DNA of 45,501 nt, taken from contig CAJOOB010000051.1 of assembly GCA_905236025.1 (NCBI GenBank), positions 1 to 45,501 of the forward strand. Reading direction: 5' to 3'. Positions 9,738 through 19,997 of this stretch are shown here, one piece after another (positions within the stretch are counted from its first letter, which is position 1; every line of letters starts with the position of its first letter). Source of the stretch: an uncultured Lachnospiraceae bacterium. Its GTDB lineage: Bacteria; Bacillota; Clostridia; Lachnospirales; Lachnospiraceae. Made by a program: the position numbers and the translations under genes. The notes beneath the pieces were generated by a model, which had not been told where the DNA came from, searched no databases, and saw only the letters and a program-made list of their open reading frames with translations.

Positions 9738-12419
9738 ATGGCATTATCACCAATGATGCAGATATATCTTGAAACAAAAGAACAGTATAAAGACTGTATT
9801 TTGTTTTACAGACTGGGCGATTTCTATGAGATGTTCTTTGATGATGCAATTACAGTATCAAAGGAACTTGAGCTTACACTTACGGGAAAAGATTGTGGGT
9901 TGGAAGAAAGGGCGCCAATGTGCGGCGTCCCGTTTCATGCTGCAGAAATTTACATAAATAAACTTGTTTCAAGAGGTTACAAGGTGGCCATCGGCGAGCA
10001 GGTCGAAGATCCGAAGCTTGCAAAGGGGCTTGTAAAAAGAGAGGTTATCAGAGTTGTTACTCCCGGTACTAATTTTGATCCAAACGCCTTAGAAGAAGGG
10101 AAAAATAATTACATTATGTGTGTTAATTATGTTTCTGACAAGTTTGGGATTTCAGTTTCCGATATTTCAACCGGTGAATTTTATTTGACGGAAGTAAAGA
10201 ACGTACGCGAACTTGAAGATGAAATAAACAGATTTTTGCCAAAAGAACTTATTTGTAATGATGCCTTTTATATGTGCGGAGCAAATGTTTCAGACTTAAA
10301 AAACAGACTGGGCATTATGGTTTATTCTCCGGATGATTCATATTTTGATGAAAAGAATGCAAAGGAAACGATTTTAAATCATTTTCACGTATCAAATCTT
10401 CAGGGACTTGGCCTTGCGGATAATAAAATTGCCATGATCAGTGCGGGGGCGCTTCTTTCATATCTTTTTGAAACACAAAAGAGTGCTCTTTCAAATATCA
10501 CAAGACTTACACCTTATCAGACGGGTAAGTACATGATTATTGATACGGCAACAAGAAGAAATTTAGAGCTTTGTGAGACTTTAAGAGAAAAGCAAAAGAA
10601 AGGCTCGCTTCTTTGGGTACTTGATAAGACAAAGACCGCAATGGGGGCAAGACTCCTTAGAAATTACATTGAACAGCCTTTGATAGACAAGGATGAGATT
10701 ATAAAAAGACAGGAATGTATTGCTGTTTTAAATGATAATCTTATGAGCAGAGATGAATTAAGAGAGTATTTAAATCCGATTTACGACCTTGAAAGACTTA
10801 TAAGCCGTATATCATATAATTCCGCAAATCCAAGGGATTTGGTTGCCTTTAAAAATTCAGTTGCAATGCTTCCTCACATTAAGAGGGTGTTGCATGAGTT
10901 TTCTGATTGTAAGGATCTTATGGAAATCTGTGACGAAATTGATGATTTAGAGGACGTATACAAAATTATAAATGATGCAATTGTAGATGAACCGCCAATT
11001 GCCATTAAAGACGGCGGCATTATTAAGTCAGGCTTTAACGAAGAAATTGACAGATTAAGAAAAGCAAAGACGGAAAGTAAAGACTGGCTTGCCGAACTTG
11101 AAGAAGAAGAAAGAAAAAGAACCGGCGTAAAAACGCTTAAGATTAAGTATAATAAGGTCTTTGGGTACTGTATTGAAATTTCAAATTCATATAAGAATAA
11201 CTTTACGGTTCCTGAGGATTATACAAGAAAACAGACGCTTGTTAATGCAGAGCGCTACATTACGCCAAAACTTAAGGAACTTGAAGAGACGGTTCTTGGT
11301 GCCGAAGATAAGCTTTTCTCATTAGAATATAATATTTTTACGGATGTAAGAGAGCAGATTTCAAATCAGATTATAAGGATTCAGGATACCGCAAAAGCTG
11401 TTGCAAAAATTGATGTTTTTGCATCTTTGGCTTATGCGGCTGAAAAAAATGATTTTGTAAGACCAAACATTAATGACGAAGGTATTATTGATATTAAGGG
11501 CGGAAGGCATCCGGTAGTTGAAAAGATGCTTGAAGACGGCCTTTTTATTGATAATGATACGTACTTAAATAATGAAAATGACAGAATTGCCATTATTACA
11601 GGCCCGAATATGGCCGGTAAATCCACGTATATGAGACAGGTTGCTCTTATTGTACTTATGGCTCAGATTGGCTCTTTTGTACCTGCTTCATATGCGAATA
11701 TTTCCGTTTGTGACAGGATTTTTACAAGAGTCGGTGCATCTGATGATCTGGCTTCCGGTCAGTCAACGTTTATGGTTGAAATGACGGAAGTTGCTAATAT
11801 TTTAAGAAATGCAACCAAAAACAGTCTTCTTATTTTGGACGAAATCGGACGCGGTACTTCAACCTTTGACGGAATGAGTATTGCGTGGGCGGTGGTTGAG
11901 TATATCAGCAATTTGAATCTTTGCGGTGCAAAGACCCTTTTTGCAACGCATTATCACGAACTTACGGAACTTGAAGGAACCATTGAAGGCCTCCATAATT
12001 ACTGTATTGCCGTTAAAGAACAAGGTGATGATATTGTCTTTTTAAGAAAGATAATAAGCGGCGGCGCGGATAAGAGTTACGGCGTACAAGTTGCAAAGAT
12101 TGCCGGTGTTCCGGACCTTGTTATTAACAGAGCAAAAGAACTCATTGCAGAACTTGAAAAGAGTGATATTTCCGCAAAAACCAAGCAGATTGCCCTTGAA
12201 CAGTCAGGAATTAATGTTTCGATTGATTCTTTAAAAGAAGCGGAAAATTACGATCCGACAAGTGATGTTAGAAATACACAGATGTCGTTTTTGGAAACGA
12301 CTAACGATAATGATGTAATGAGAGAGTTAAAGACTCTCGATTTGTCCGACATTACACCGATTCAGGCACTCAATACTTTGTATAGGTTACAAAATGAATT
12401 AAACAATAAATACATTTAA
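9738..12419 (+). CDS. mutS: DNA mismatch repair protein MutS
   Basis: N-terminal TPMMQQY-like SPMMQIYLETKEQY and FYRLGDFYEMFF, Walker A GPNMAGKST and STFMVEMTE. Length 893 aa. Confidence 0.97.
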   Translation: MALSPMMQIYLETKEQYKDCILFYRLGDFYEMFFDDAITVSKELELTLTGKDCGLEERAPMCGVPFHAAEIYINKLVSRGYKVAIGEQVEDPKLAKGLVKREVIRVVTPGTNFDPNALEEGKNNYIMCVNYVSDKFGISVSDISTGEFYLTEVKNVRELEDEINRFLPKELICNDAFYMCGANVSDLKNRLGIMVYSPDDSYFDEKNAKETILNHFHVSNLQGLGLADNKIAMISAGALLSYLFETQKSALSNITRLTPYQTGKYMIIDTATRRNLELCETLREKQKKGSLLWVLDKTKTAMGARLLRNYIEQPLIDKDEIIKRQECIAVLNDNLMSRDELREYLNPIYDLERLISRISYNSANPRDLVAFKNSVAMLPHIKRVLHEFSDCKDLMEICDEIDDLEDVYKIINDAIVDEPPIAIKDGGIIKSGFNEEIDRLRKAKTESKDWLAELEEEERKRTGVKTLKIKYNKVFGYCIEISNSYKNNFTVPEDYTRKQTLVNAERYITPKLKELEETVLGAEDKLFSLEYNIFTDVREQISNQIIRIQDTAKAVAKIDVFASLAYAAEKNDFVRPNINDEGIIDIKGGRHPVVEKMLEDGLFIDNDTYLNNENDRIAIITGPNMAGKSTYMRQVALIVLMAQIGSFVPASYANISVCDRIFTRVGASDDLASGQSTFMVEMTEVANILRNATKNSLLILDEIGRGTSTFDGMSIAWAVVEYISNLNLCGAKTLFATHYHELTELEGTIEGLHNYCIAVKEQGDDIVFLRKIISGGADKSYGVQVAKIAGVPDLVINRAKELIAELEKSDISAKTKQIALEQSGINVSIDSLKEAENYDPTSDVRNTQMSFLETTNDNDVMRELKTLDLSDITPIQALNTLYRLQNELNNKYI

Positions 12420-12442
12420 GGTATTTAGGAAAAGAGGACATT

Positions 12443-14359
12443 TTGATAAATATTCTTGATGATGAAACAATTAATCAGATAGCAGCCGGTGAAGTTGTTG
12501 ACAGACCGTCTTCAATTGTAAAAGAACTTATGGAAAATTCGATTGATGCAGGTGCAACATCCGTTACTGTTGATATTAAAGACGGTGGGTTGTCAATGAT
12601 TCGCATTACCGATAACGGACGCGGTATATTAAAAGACGACATAAGGCTTGCTTTTTTACGTCATGCAACAAGTAAAATTGCAGACGCAAAAGATATTCTT
12701 ACCGTTTCGTCATTGGGGTTCAGAGGTGAGGCGCTTGCTTCGATTGCCGCGGTTTCAAAAGTTGAACTTCTTACTAAGGTAAGCGATTCTTTGATGGGCT
12801 CAAGATACTTAATTGAAGGCGGTAATGAGGTTTGCTTTGAAGATGCGGGAGTACCTGACGGTACAACGATTATTGTAAAGGATCTGTTTTTTAATACTCC
12901 GGCACGAAGAAAGTTTATGAAGTCGCAAACCACAGAAGCCGGATACATCAGTGATATATGTGAAAAGATTGCTCTTTCTCATCCGGGTATTTCTATCAGA
13001 CTTATTGTAAACGGTACAAATAAATTACACACGGTAGGTAACGGAAAGATTAAAGATACAATTTATCGTGTTTTTGGTAAGGATATTACCAACAATTTAA
13101 GAGAAATTAATTTTGTAAGCGAACTTGTTTCGGTAAAAGGATTTGTGGGACTTCCGGGTATTTCAAGAGGTAACAGAAATTACGAAATATATTTTGTAAA
13201 CGGCAGATATATTAAGAATAATGCTGTTTGTGATGCAATTGAAGAAGGTTATGAAGGCTTTCTTATGATGCATAAATTTCCGTTTGTGGTTTTATACATT
13301 GAAGTAGAACCTGAGCTTGTGGATGTTAACGTGCATCCTTCAAAGATGGAAATGAGATTTAAAGACGGAGAGCATATTTATCCGTTACTTGTATCTTCTG
13401 TAAAAGAAGGTATTATGCAAAAGGATTTAATTGTAAAATCAAGTACAGACAAACTTACCGAAAAAGCAATAAAACCGATTACGGATTATAAAATTCCCGA
13501 AGTTTTTGAAACAAAAAGAACAATTGAAACAGTTAATGAAACCGCAAATTACGGTGAAAAGGATGTTGAGTCGGAATTTGACCTTGTATTGAATGCTGAT
13601 GAAGAAATTGCCGTTAAGGAAAGTGTAACAGAAGATAATATAACGGAAGAAGACGTTACAGAAGATATTACTGTTGAAGAAGATTTTGCAGGAGGAAATA
13701 CTTTTGAATCGGTGCCTGTAAAGAAAGCGAAACAGGAAACTTTGTTTAAGGGTGAATTTCTTTCCGAAAAAGCAAAGCGTTACTATAAGGTGATTGGTCA
13801 GGCTTTCGCAACATACTGGATTATTGAGTATGAAGATAATTTGTATATCATGGATCAGCATGCGGCTCACGAAAAGATTAATTATGAGCATTTTATGCAA
13901 AGATATAATGAGCATAATATTACCAAGCAGTTAATCACACCGCCCATTGTTATTTCGCTTTCAGCAACAAAGGAAGATGCTTTAAATAAGCATATGGATG
14001 AAATCCTTGATTTGGGATATGAAATTGAAAATTATGGAAATAATGATTATATTATAAGGGCTGTTCCGTATGATATTCCGAAAGATGTAGACAGAAAAGC
14101 TTTGCTGATTGATATTTTTGATTCGATTGAAGAATATTCGGATAAACTTGATGTTTCGGCATTTGCGGCAAAGGTTGCCTCAATGTCTTGTAAGGCTGCA
14201 ATTAAGGGAAATCAGGTTGTGGATGAAAAAGAAGTGATTCATATAATGGATGAATTAATGGATTTGGATAATCCGTTTAACTGTCCGCATGGCCGCCCGA
14301 CACTCATTTCCATAAGTAAACAGGAAATGGACAGAAAGTTTAAGAGAATTGTAAATTAG
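12443..14359 (+). CDS. mutL: DNA mismatch repair endonuclease MutL
   Basis: TTG start with AAGAGGA RBS. GHKL N-terminus (NQIAAGEVVDRPSSIVKELMENSIDAG). The endonuclease motif DQHAAHEKINYE and the C-terminal CPHGRP are present. Confidence 0.95.
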   Translation: MINILDDETINQIAAGEVVDRPSSIVKELMENSIDAGATSVTVDIKDGGLSMIRITDNGRGILKDDIRLAFLRHATSKIADAKDILTVSSLGFRGEALASIAAVSKVELLTKVSDSLMGSRYLIEGGNEVCFEDAGVPDGTTIIVKDLFFNTPARRKFMKSQTTEAGYISDICEKIALSHPGISIRLIVNGTNKLHTVGNGKIKDTIYRVFGKDITNNLREINFVSELVSVKGFVGLPGISRGNRNYEIYFVNGRYIKNNAVCDAIEEGYEGFLMMHKFPFVVLYIEVEPELVDVNVHPSKMEMRFKDGEHIYPLLVSSVKEGIMQKDLIVKSSTDKLTEKAIKPITDYKIPEVFETKRTIETVNETANYGEKDVESEFDLVLNADEEIAVKESVTEDNITEEDVTEDITVEEDFAGGNTFESVPVKKAKQETLFKGEFLSEKAKRYYKVIGQAFATYWIIEYEDNLYIMDQHAAHEKINYEHFMQRYNEHNITKQLITPPIVISLSATKEDALNKHMDEILDLGYEIENYGNNDYIIRAVPYDIPKDVDRKALLIDIFDSIEEYSDKLDVSAFAAKVASMSCKAAIKGNQVVDEKEVIHIMDELMDLDNPFNCPHGRPTLISISKQEMDRKFKRIVN

Positions 14360-14373
14360 AAAAGATGTAAGGT

Positions 14374-15375
14374 ATGGATATTAAAGATTGTGTAAAAAAA
14401 CCTCTTGTTGTTTTAACCGGCCCAACAGCCGTTGGGAAAACCGATATTTCAATAAAGGTTGCAAAAAACATTAATAAGCCAAACGGAGCTGAGATTATAA
14501 GTGCTGATTCAATCCAGGTTTATAAGTATATGGATATTGGCTCCGGTAAGATTACAAATGAGGAGATGCAGGGTGTTAAGCATCATCTTATCAGTACACT
14601 TGATCCTTCTTTTGAATTTAATATCTATACTTTTAAAAATATGGCAAAAAAGGCAACAGAGGATATCTATTCTGTAAATAAAATCCCGATTATTGCCGGC
14701 GGTACAGGGTTTTACATTCAGTCATTACTTTATGATGTTGAATTTTCTGAAGAAGAAAATGATCATGCGTACAGAAAAGAGTTAGAAGAACTTGCAAAAG
14801 ACAAGGGATGCGATTATTTGTATGAAATGTTACTTAAAGTTGATCCGGATGCTGCAGCTATCGTCCATAAAAACAATGTTAAGAGGGTTATCAGAGCTTT
14901 AGAGTTTTATAAAGAAACCGGAAATAAGATTTCTGTACATAATGAAGAGCAGAAAATGAAGGAATCTCCGTATGAATTTAAATATTACGTAATTAATATG
15001 GAACGCGAAAAACTTTATAAAAGGATTGAATTAAGAGTTGATAAGATGCTTGAAGCTGGCCTTGTAAACGAGGTAAAGGGGCTCTTGGACAAAGGGTATT
15101 CTAAGGACCTTGTTTCGATGCAGGGACTTGGATATAAGGAGATTGTTTCATATCTTTTGGGAGAGATTTCTCTGGATGAAGCAGTTTATATTATTAAGAG
15201 AGACACAAGACATTTCGCAAAGAGACAGCTTACCTGGTTTAAGAGAGAAAAGGATGTAACAATGATTAATTATGAGGACTTTTCGTTTAGTCAGGATGAG
15301 ATTGCAAATTATCTTATAAATGATATTGATAAAATGATTGATAAGTGTAAGGGTAACGATGGAGGAAATTTGTAA
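14374..15375 (+). CDS. miaA: tRNA dimethylallyltransferase
   Basis: P-loop GPTAVGKT, plus SADSIQVYKYMDIGSGK and RQLTWF motifs. Confidence 0.93.
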   Translation: MDIKDCVKKPLVVLTGPTAVGKTDISIKVAKNINKPNGAEIISADSIQVYKYMDIGSGKITNEEMQGVKHHLISTLDPSFEFNIYTFKNMAKKATEDIYSVNKIPIIAGGTGFYIQSLLYDVEFSEEENDHAYRKELEELAKDKGCDYLYEMLLKVDPDAAAIVHKNNVKRVIRALEFYKETGNKISVHNEEQKMKESPYEFKYYVINMEREKLYKRIELRVDKMLEAGLVNEVKGLLDKGYSKDLVSMQGLGYKEIVSYLLGEISLDEAVYIIKRDTRHFAKRQLTWFKREKDVTMINYEDFSFSQDEIANYLINDIDKMIDKCKGNDGGNL

Positions 15376-16655
15376 TGGATAACTATTCTGTTTACAGTGA
15401 GTTCGGTATTTCAAAAGAGGTGTATGAATGTGGCATAAAGTCGCTTGAATCTTTGAAGCCTGTTTTTGAAAAGATTGATGAAAATGCGGAAATTAATCAG
15501 TTGAAAGTTTTAAAAGCTATGCAGGATGCAAAAGTTTCTGCCGGTTGTTTTGAAAGTTCAACCGGATACGGATATGATGATGAGGGAAGAGAAAAGTTAG
15601 AGGCTGTTTACAGTAAGGTTTTTCATACGGAAGATGCTTTGGTTCGTGCGCAGATTATGTGCGGAACACATGCGCTTTCTCTTGCGCTTTCTTCAAATTT
15701 AAGACCGGGAGACGAGCTTTTATCAATATCCGGGAAGCCGTATGATACTTTGGAGGAAGTTATTGGGATTCGTCCTTCTAAGGGGTCTCTTGCCGAATAT
15801 AACATTACTTATAAGCAGGTTGATTTAAAAGACGGATTGGATTTTGATCATGAAGCAATTAAAAATGCCATTTCCGATAAAACTAAGCTTGTTGCAATTC
15901 AGCGTTCAAAAGGTTATATGACAAGAAAAACTTTGTCGGTTAAGCAAATTGCAGAGGCTATTAAAACGGTAAAAAGTGTAAGGAAAGATATCATTGTAAT
16001 GGTTGACAACTGTTACGGTGAATTTGTTGAAACTATGGAACCGTCTGATTTTGGTGCTGATATGGTTGTGGGTTCTTTAATTAAAAATCCGGGAGGCGGT
16101 CTTGCACCAAGCGGCGGATATATTGCCGGTACAAAAGAATGTATTGAAAATGCTGCATACAGACTTTCGACCCCGGGACTTGGAAAGGAAGTGGGGGCTT
16201 CAATGGGGATTAACAGAAGTTTGTATCAGGGGCTTTTTATGGCACCGGTTGTTACTGCGAGTGCTCTAAAGACTGCAATTTTTGCTGCTAAAATATATGA
16301 AAGTCTTGGATATAAGTGTGTACCTTGCGCTGACGAATCAAGACACGATATTATTCAGGCGATTGAATTTGGAAGCGAGGACGCGGTTATTGCTTTTTGC
16401 GAAGGAATTCAGTCGGCTTCTCCTGTTGACAGTTACGTTGCGCCAACACCGTGGGAAATGCCGGGTTATGATGCACAGGTAATAATGGCTGCCGGCGCCT
16501 TTATTCAAGGTTCTTCAATAGAGCTTTCTGCCGATGGCCCGATTAAACCTCCTTATGCGGTTTATTTTCAGGGAGGACTCACTTTTTGGCATGGTAAGAT
16601 TGGGATAATGAAGAGTCTTCAAAGAATGGTGGATAAAAAAATAATAAAATTGTAG
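15375..16655 (+). CDS. YnbB/aluminium-resistance family PLP-dependent enzyme (Cys/Met-metabolism fold)
   Basis: 426 aa. GYGYDDEGREKLE, QRSKGY and SLIKNPGGGLAPSGGYIAG are typical of this family. The start overlaps the miaA stop (TAATG), with GGAGG upstream. Confidence 0.8.
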   Translation: MDNYSVYSEFGISKEVYECGIKSLESLKPVFEKIDENAEINQLKVLKAMQDAKVSAGCFESSTGYGYDDEGREKLEAVYSKVFHTEDALVRAQIMCGTHALSLALSSNLRPGDELLSISGKPYDTLEEVIGIRPSKGSLAEYNITYKQVDLKDGLDFDHEAIKNAISDKTKLVAIQRSKGYMTRKTLSVKQIAEAIKTVKSVRKDIIVMVDNCYGEFVETMEPSDFGADMVVGSLIKNPGGGLAPSGGYIAGTKECIENAAYRLSTPGLGKEVGASMGINRSLYQGLFMAPVVTASALKTAIFAAKIYESLGYKCVPCADESRHDIIQAIEFGSEDAVIAFCEGIQSASPVDSYVAPTPWEMPGYDAQVIMAAGAFIQGSSIELSADGPIKPPYAVYFQGGLTFWHGKIGIMKSLQRMVDKKIIKL

Positions 16656-16674
16656 GTTTATGACAATTTTAATC

Positions 16675-16703
16675 TTGCAACGACCAAATATTTATGGTAT
16701 TAT
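16675..16703 (+). promoter_or_regulatory. Sigma-A type promoter for tRNA-Leu
   Basis: TTGCAA (16675-16680), a 17-nt spacer ending in TGg (extended -10), and TATTAT (16698-16703), about 18 nt upstream of the tRNA 5' end. Confidence 0.55.
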
Positions 16704-16720
16704 TCATTCGTTGCGTATGC

Positions 16721-16804
16721 GCCGGTGTGTTGGAATTGGCAGACGAGGTGGACTCAAAATCCATTGATGGCAACATCGTGCGGGTTCAAGTCCCGCCACC
16801 GGCA
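16721..16804 (+). tRNA. tRNA-Leu (anticodon CAA), class II with long variable arm
   Basis: Manual fold. Acceptor stem GCCGGTG/CACCGGC with discriminator A. Anticodon stem GTGGA/TCCAT with loop CTCAAAA. Variable-arm hairpin GATG-GCAA-CATC. T arm GCGGG-TTCAAGT-CCCGC. No encoded CCA. Confidence 0.9.
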
Positions 16805-16812
16805 TTATATTT

Positions 16813-16850
16813 AAAAGCAAGTCTTAGGACTTGCTTTTCTTTTATTTTAT
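16813..16850 (+). terminator. Rho-independent terminator after tRNA-Leu
   Basis: 11-bp stem AAAAGCAAGTC / GACTTGCTTTT with loop TTAG, followed by a T-rich run. Confidence 0.8.
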
Positions 16851-16884
16851 TTACTTTAATCGTTTAAAATGGTAAAATAATTAC

Positions 16885-17238
16885 ATGAAAAAAATTAAGA
16901 AAAAGAGCGGACCAATGGAGTGCAGTGAGTTTGTTTCTTTGATAAATTCCTTTAATCACGGGACGCTTGATGAATATAATTTAAAAAGATTTCTGATACA
17001 TCTTGATAAGTGCAAATCATGTCGTGAAGAGCTTGAGATAATGTATCTTGTAGATAAAACAATGACAGATGAGCTAAAGACTTATGATTTGGAAAAAGCA
17101 CTCAGTGCGGATATTGAGAACGCAAAAGATATGATTTATGTGAGGGAAAGAAACAGGCTCTATATTGATTTAACCTGGATGATTTCCGGATTCTTTGCCG
17201 CATCCGTTGCTATTTATATGTTTTTTCTTGTTTTTTAA
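16885..17238 (+). CDS. zf-HC2 (ZAS-type) putative anti-sigma factor-like membrane protein
   Basis: The HLDKCKSC (HxxxCxxC) motif follows an N-terminal Cys (MECSEF), and there is a single C-terminal TM helix (WMISGFFAASVAIYMFFLVF). The start is uncertain: ATG at 16885 has no SD, and ATG at 16915 is the alternative. Confidence 0.6.
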   Translation: MKKIKKKSGPMECSEFVSLINSFNHGTLDEYNLKRFLIHLDKCKSCREELEIMYLVDKTMTDELKTYDLEKALSADIENAKDMIYVRERNRLYIDLTWMISGFFAASVAIYMFFLVF

Positions 17239-17262
17239 TTATTGTCTTACCTGGAGTTTGAA

Positions 17263-19983
17263 ATGAAATTATTACTTATAGACGGACACAGTATTTTACA
17301 CAGAGCATATTACGGAGTACCTAAACTTACGCGTGCGGACGGTGTATGTACAAATGCCGTTTACGGATTTCTTAATATTCTTTTTATGGTTATGGAAAGT
17401 GAAAAGCCCGATCGTTTAGCGGTGGCTTTTGACTTAAGTGAACCAACCTTCAGACACAAAATGTTTCCTGAATACAAGGGTACAAGAAAACCGATGGAAG
17501 ACGATTTACGTCCGCAAGTTCCAATGATTAAAGATTTGCTTAGATTAATGAACGTTACGGTCGTTGAACTTTCGGGATTTGAAGCGGATGATATTCTTGG
17601 TACCTTATCCGTTAAGGGTGAAGAAAAAGATTATGACGTGACAATTTTGTCAGGTGACAGAGACCTTTTGCAGCTTGCAACAAAAAAGGTCTGTGTTATG
17701 ATGCCAAAAATCATTAAAGGAAAGACTGAATATAAGACATATCACGAAAATAACGTAATTGATGAATATAAAGTGACACCGACGGAATTTATAGATTTAA
17801 AAGCAATTATGGGTGATACCTCAGATAATATTCCGGGCGTCAAAGGGATTGGAGAAAAGGGTGCAAGTGACATTATTGTAAATTTCCATTCAATCGAAAA
17901 TGCATTTGAAAACAGAGATAAAATCACAAATAAACGAAATGCCGGACTTTTGGAAAAGGATTTTGAAAACTGCAAGCTATCAAAGGTTCTTGCAACCATC
18001 AACGTAAATGCCCCGGTTGATGTTTTAATTGATGATTGTAAGATTGACAATATGTTTAACGAAAAAGCTTTAGAAGGCTTTAAAAAGCTTAATTTAAAGA
18101 GCCTTTTAAAATACTTTGATGAAACGGTACTTGACTCAGGTGATGCTAAAACAACTGATATTACAGAAAATACAAAGTCTGTAGATTCAGAGGATTTAAC
18201 AGCCCTTGTTGAAGCTTTTGCAGACGGTGATACTTTGGGGCTTTCTTTTTCGAGATATAAAAAAGAAACCAAGGCAGTCCAGCTTGATTTAATGTCAATG
18301 TTAAATGCAAATACTTCCCAAAGTGAAGTAAAACAAGAGGATTTAGCAAATAATTATGGAATTGTGATATCTTTATATTATAAAGATACCTCGTATGTTA
18401 CGAATTTTGAAAATGCGTATGATAAAGACTTAGAAAATCTTGTATCAAAAATGCTTTCAAAAAAGGTAAATGTTTATACATTTGATATAAAGCATGTTTT
18501 AAGAACTTTTAATGTTGATATTAAAAACGTTTTTGCAACAATTGAAGATGCATCAATTGCAGCGTATTTGCTTAATCCGCTTCTTGGTTCATACAGCCCT
18601 GATTATATCAGTGAGCAGTATCTTGGCAGCTTTTTTAAAACGGATTCGGTATATTTGACGGATACAACAAAACCTTTGGATGAAATCATTAAAAAGACTG
18701 CATCTCAAAGCTTTATTGCATTTAATGCACTTCCAAAGCTGCTTTCTGAATTGAAAAACGAATCAATGTATGATTTATATAAAAACATTGAAATTCCATG
18801 TGCGCTTGTGCTTTCTGATATGGAAAAAGAAGGGATTTTAGTTAATCGTACGGCCATGAAGAGTTATTCTTTGTTGCTTGAAGAAAAGATAAAAATCCTT
18901 GAGAAAGAAATTTATGAGGAAATTGGCGAAGAATTTAATATCAATTCACCAAAACAGCTTGGAGAAATACTCTTTGTAAAGAAGGGCTTAAAGGGTGGAA
19001 AAAAGACAAAAACAGGTTATTCGACCTCGGCGGATGTTTTAAACAAACTTGCGTTGGAATATGGATATGTAAAGAAAATCCTGGATTACAGAGGACTTAC
19101 AAAATTAAAGAGTACTTATGCAGACGGTTTGGATGCGTATATTTTGGCCGATGGCCGCATACATACAAATTTTAAACAGACAGTTACCGCAACCGGAAGA
19201 CTCAGTTCTGCGGAACCGAATCTTCAAAATATTCCGGTAAGAATGGCTATTGGCAAGAAAATGAGGGAAGTCTTTGTGGCAAGTGAAGGATGTACCTTTA
19301 TTGATGCGGATTATTCACAGATTGAACTTAGAATTCTTGCTCATATGTCAGGTGACAAGGCGCTTATTGAGGCGTATAATTCAGGTGATGACATTCATGC
19401 AATTACTGCTTCTAAAGTTTTCAATGTTCCTTTAGAGGAGGTAAGTGCAGAGCAGAGAAGAAACGCTAAGGCGGTTAATTTTGGTATTGTGTACGGTATC
19501 AGCAGTTACGGATTAAGTGAGGATTTAAGCATTTCAAAATCCCTTGCGGAAGAATATATTGAACAGTATTTTGTAAATTATCCGGGAATAAAGAAGTATC
19601 TTGATGATACGGTGGAAGCTGCAAAGAAAAACGGTTATACAAAAACGTTATACAACAGAAAAAGACCAATACCGGAACTTTCTTCGGATAAATTCATGAT
19701 TAAAAAATTTGGCGAACGTGTGGCAATGAACTCTCCAATACAGGGTACTGCCGCGGATATAATGAAAATCGCCATGATTAACGTATATTACGGATTAAAG
19801 GAGGCGGGCTTAAAGGCCAAAATCCTTTTGCAGGTACACGATGAACTTCTTATTGAAGCTCCTTTGGAGGAGGCTTCTAGAGTAAAAGAAATTGTAGTTG
19901 ATAAAATGCAGCATGCAGCAGATCTTTTTGTTAAGCTGTCCGTATCAGCGGGTGAAGGAAAAGACTGGCTTGCGGCTCATTAG
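17263..19983 (+). CDS. polA: DNA polymerase I
   Basis: 5' nuclease N-terminus (LLLIDGHSILHRAYY, GIGEKGA). Polymerase motifs DYSQIELRILAH, RRNAKAVNFGIVYG and QVHDELL. The ATG at 17263 follows GGAG and is preferred over the TTG at 17242. Confidence 0.96.
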   Translation: MKLLLIDGHSILHRAYYGVPKLTRADGVCTNAVYGFLNILFMVMESEKPDRLAVAFDLSEPTFRHKMFPEYKGTRKPMEDDLRPQVPMIKDLLRLMNVTVVELSGFEADDILGTLSVKGEEKDYDVTILSGDRDLLQLATKKVCVMMPKIIKGKTEYKTYHENNVIDEYKVTPTEFIDLKAIMGDTSDNIPGVKGIGEKGASDIIVNFHSIENAFENRDKITNKRNAGLLEKDFENCKLSKVLATINVNAPVDVLIDDCKIDNMFNEKALEGFKKLNLKSLLKYFDETVLDSGDAKTTDITENTKSVDSEDLTALVEAFADGDTLGLSFSRYKKETKAVQLDLMSMLNANTSQSEVKQEDLANNYGIVISLYYKDTSYVTNFENAYDKDLENLVSKMLSKKVNVYTFDIKHVLRTFNVDIKNVFATIEDASIAAYLLNPLLGSYSPDYISEQYLGSFFKTDSVYLTDTTKPLDEIIKKTASQSFIAFNALPKLLSELKNESMYDLYKNIEIPCALVLSDMEKEGILVNRTAMKSYSLLLEEKIKILEKEIYEEIGEEFNINSPKQLGEILFVKKGLKGGKKTKTGYSTSADVLNKLALEYGYVKKILDYRGLTKLKSTYADGLDAYILADGRIHTNFKQTVTATGRLSSAEPNLQNIPVRMAIGKKMREVFVASEGCTFIDADYSQIELRILAHMSGDKALIEAYNSGDDIHAITASKVFNVPLEEVSAEQRRNAKAVNFGIVYGISSYGLSEDLSISKSLAEEYIEQYFVNYPGIKKYLDDTVEAAKKNGYTKTLYNRKRPIPELSSDKFMIKKFGERVAMNSPIQGTAADIMKIAMINVYYGLKEAGLKAKILLQVHDELLIEAPLEEASRVKEIVVDKMQHAADLFVKLSVSAGEGKDWLAAH

Positions 19984-19997
19984 AAAAGAGTGGCTTT

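Noticed and set aside
13540-13700. An acidic quasi-repeat in the MutL linker (VTEDNITEEDVTEDITVEEDF).
   Set aside because: It lies in the naturally disordered and variable linker between the MutL ATPase and endonuclease domains. This is low-complexity drift rather than a functional repeat.
15370-15380. No hfq gene follows miaA, and proB has no adjacent proA.
   Set aside because: Gene-order variation of this kind is common, and the genes may simply be elsewhere. This cannot be evaluated from one window.
18100-18700. The PolA 3'-5' exonuclease-like region lacks the ExoI DxE motif (LGLSFSRYKK sits where DTET-like residues are expected).
   Set aside because: Loss of proofreading residues in PolA is well known in Firmicutes and thermophile enzymes (Bst and Taq type), so this is not novel.
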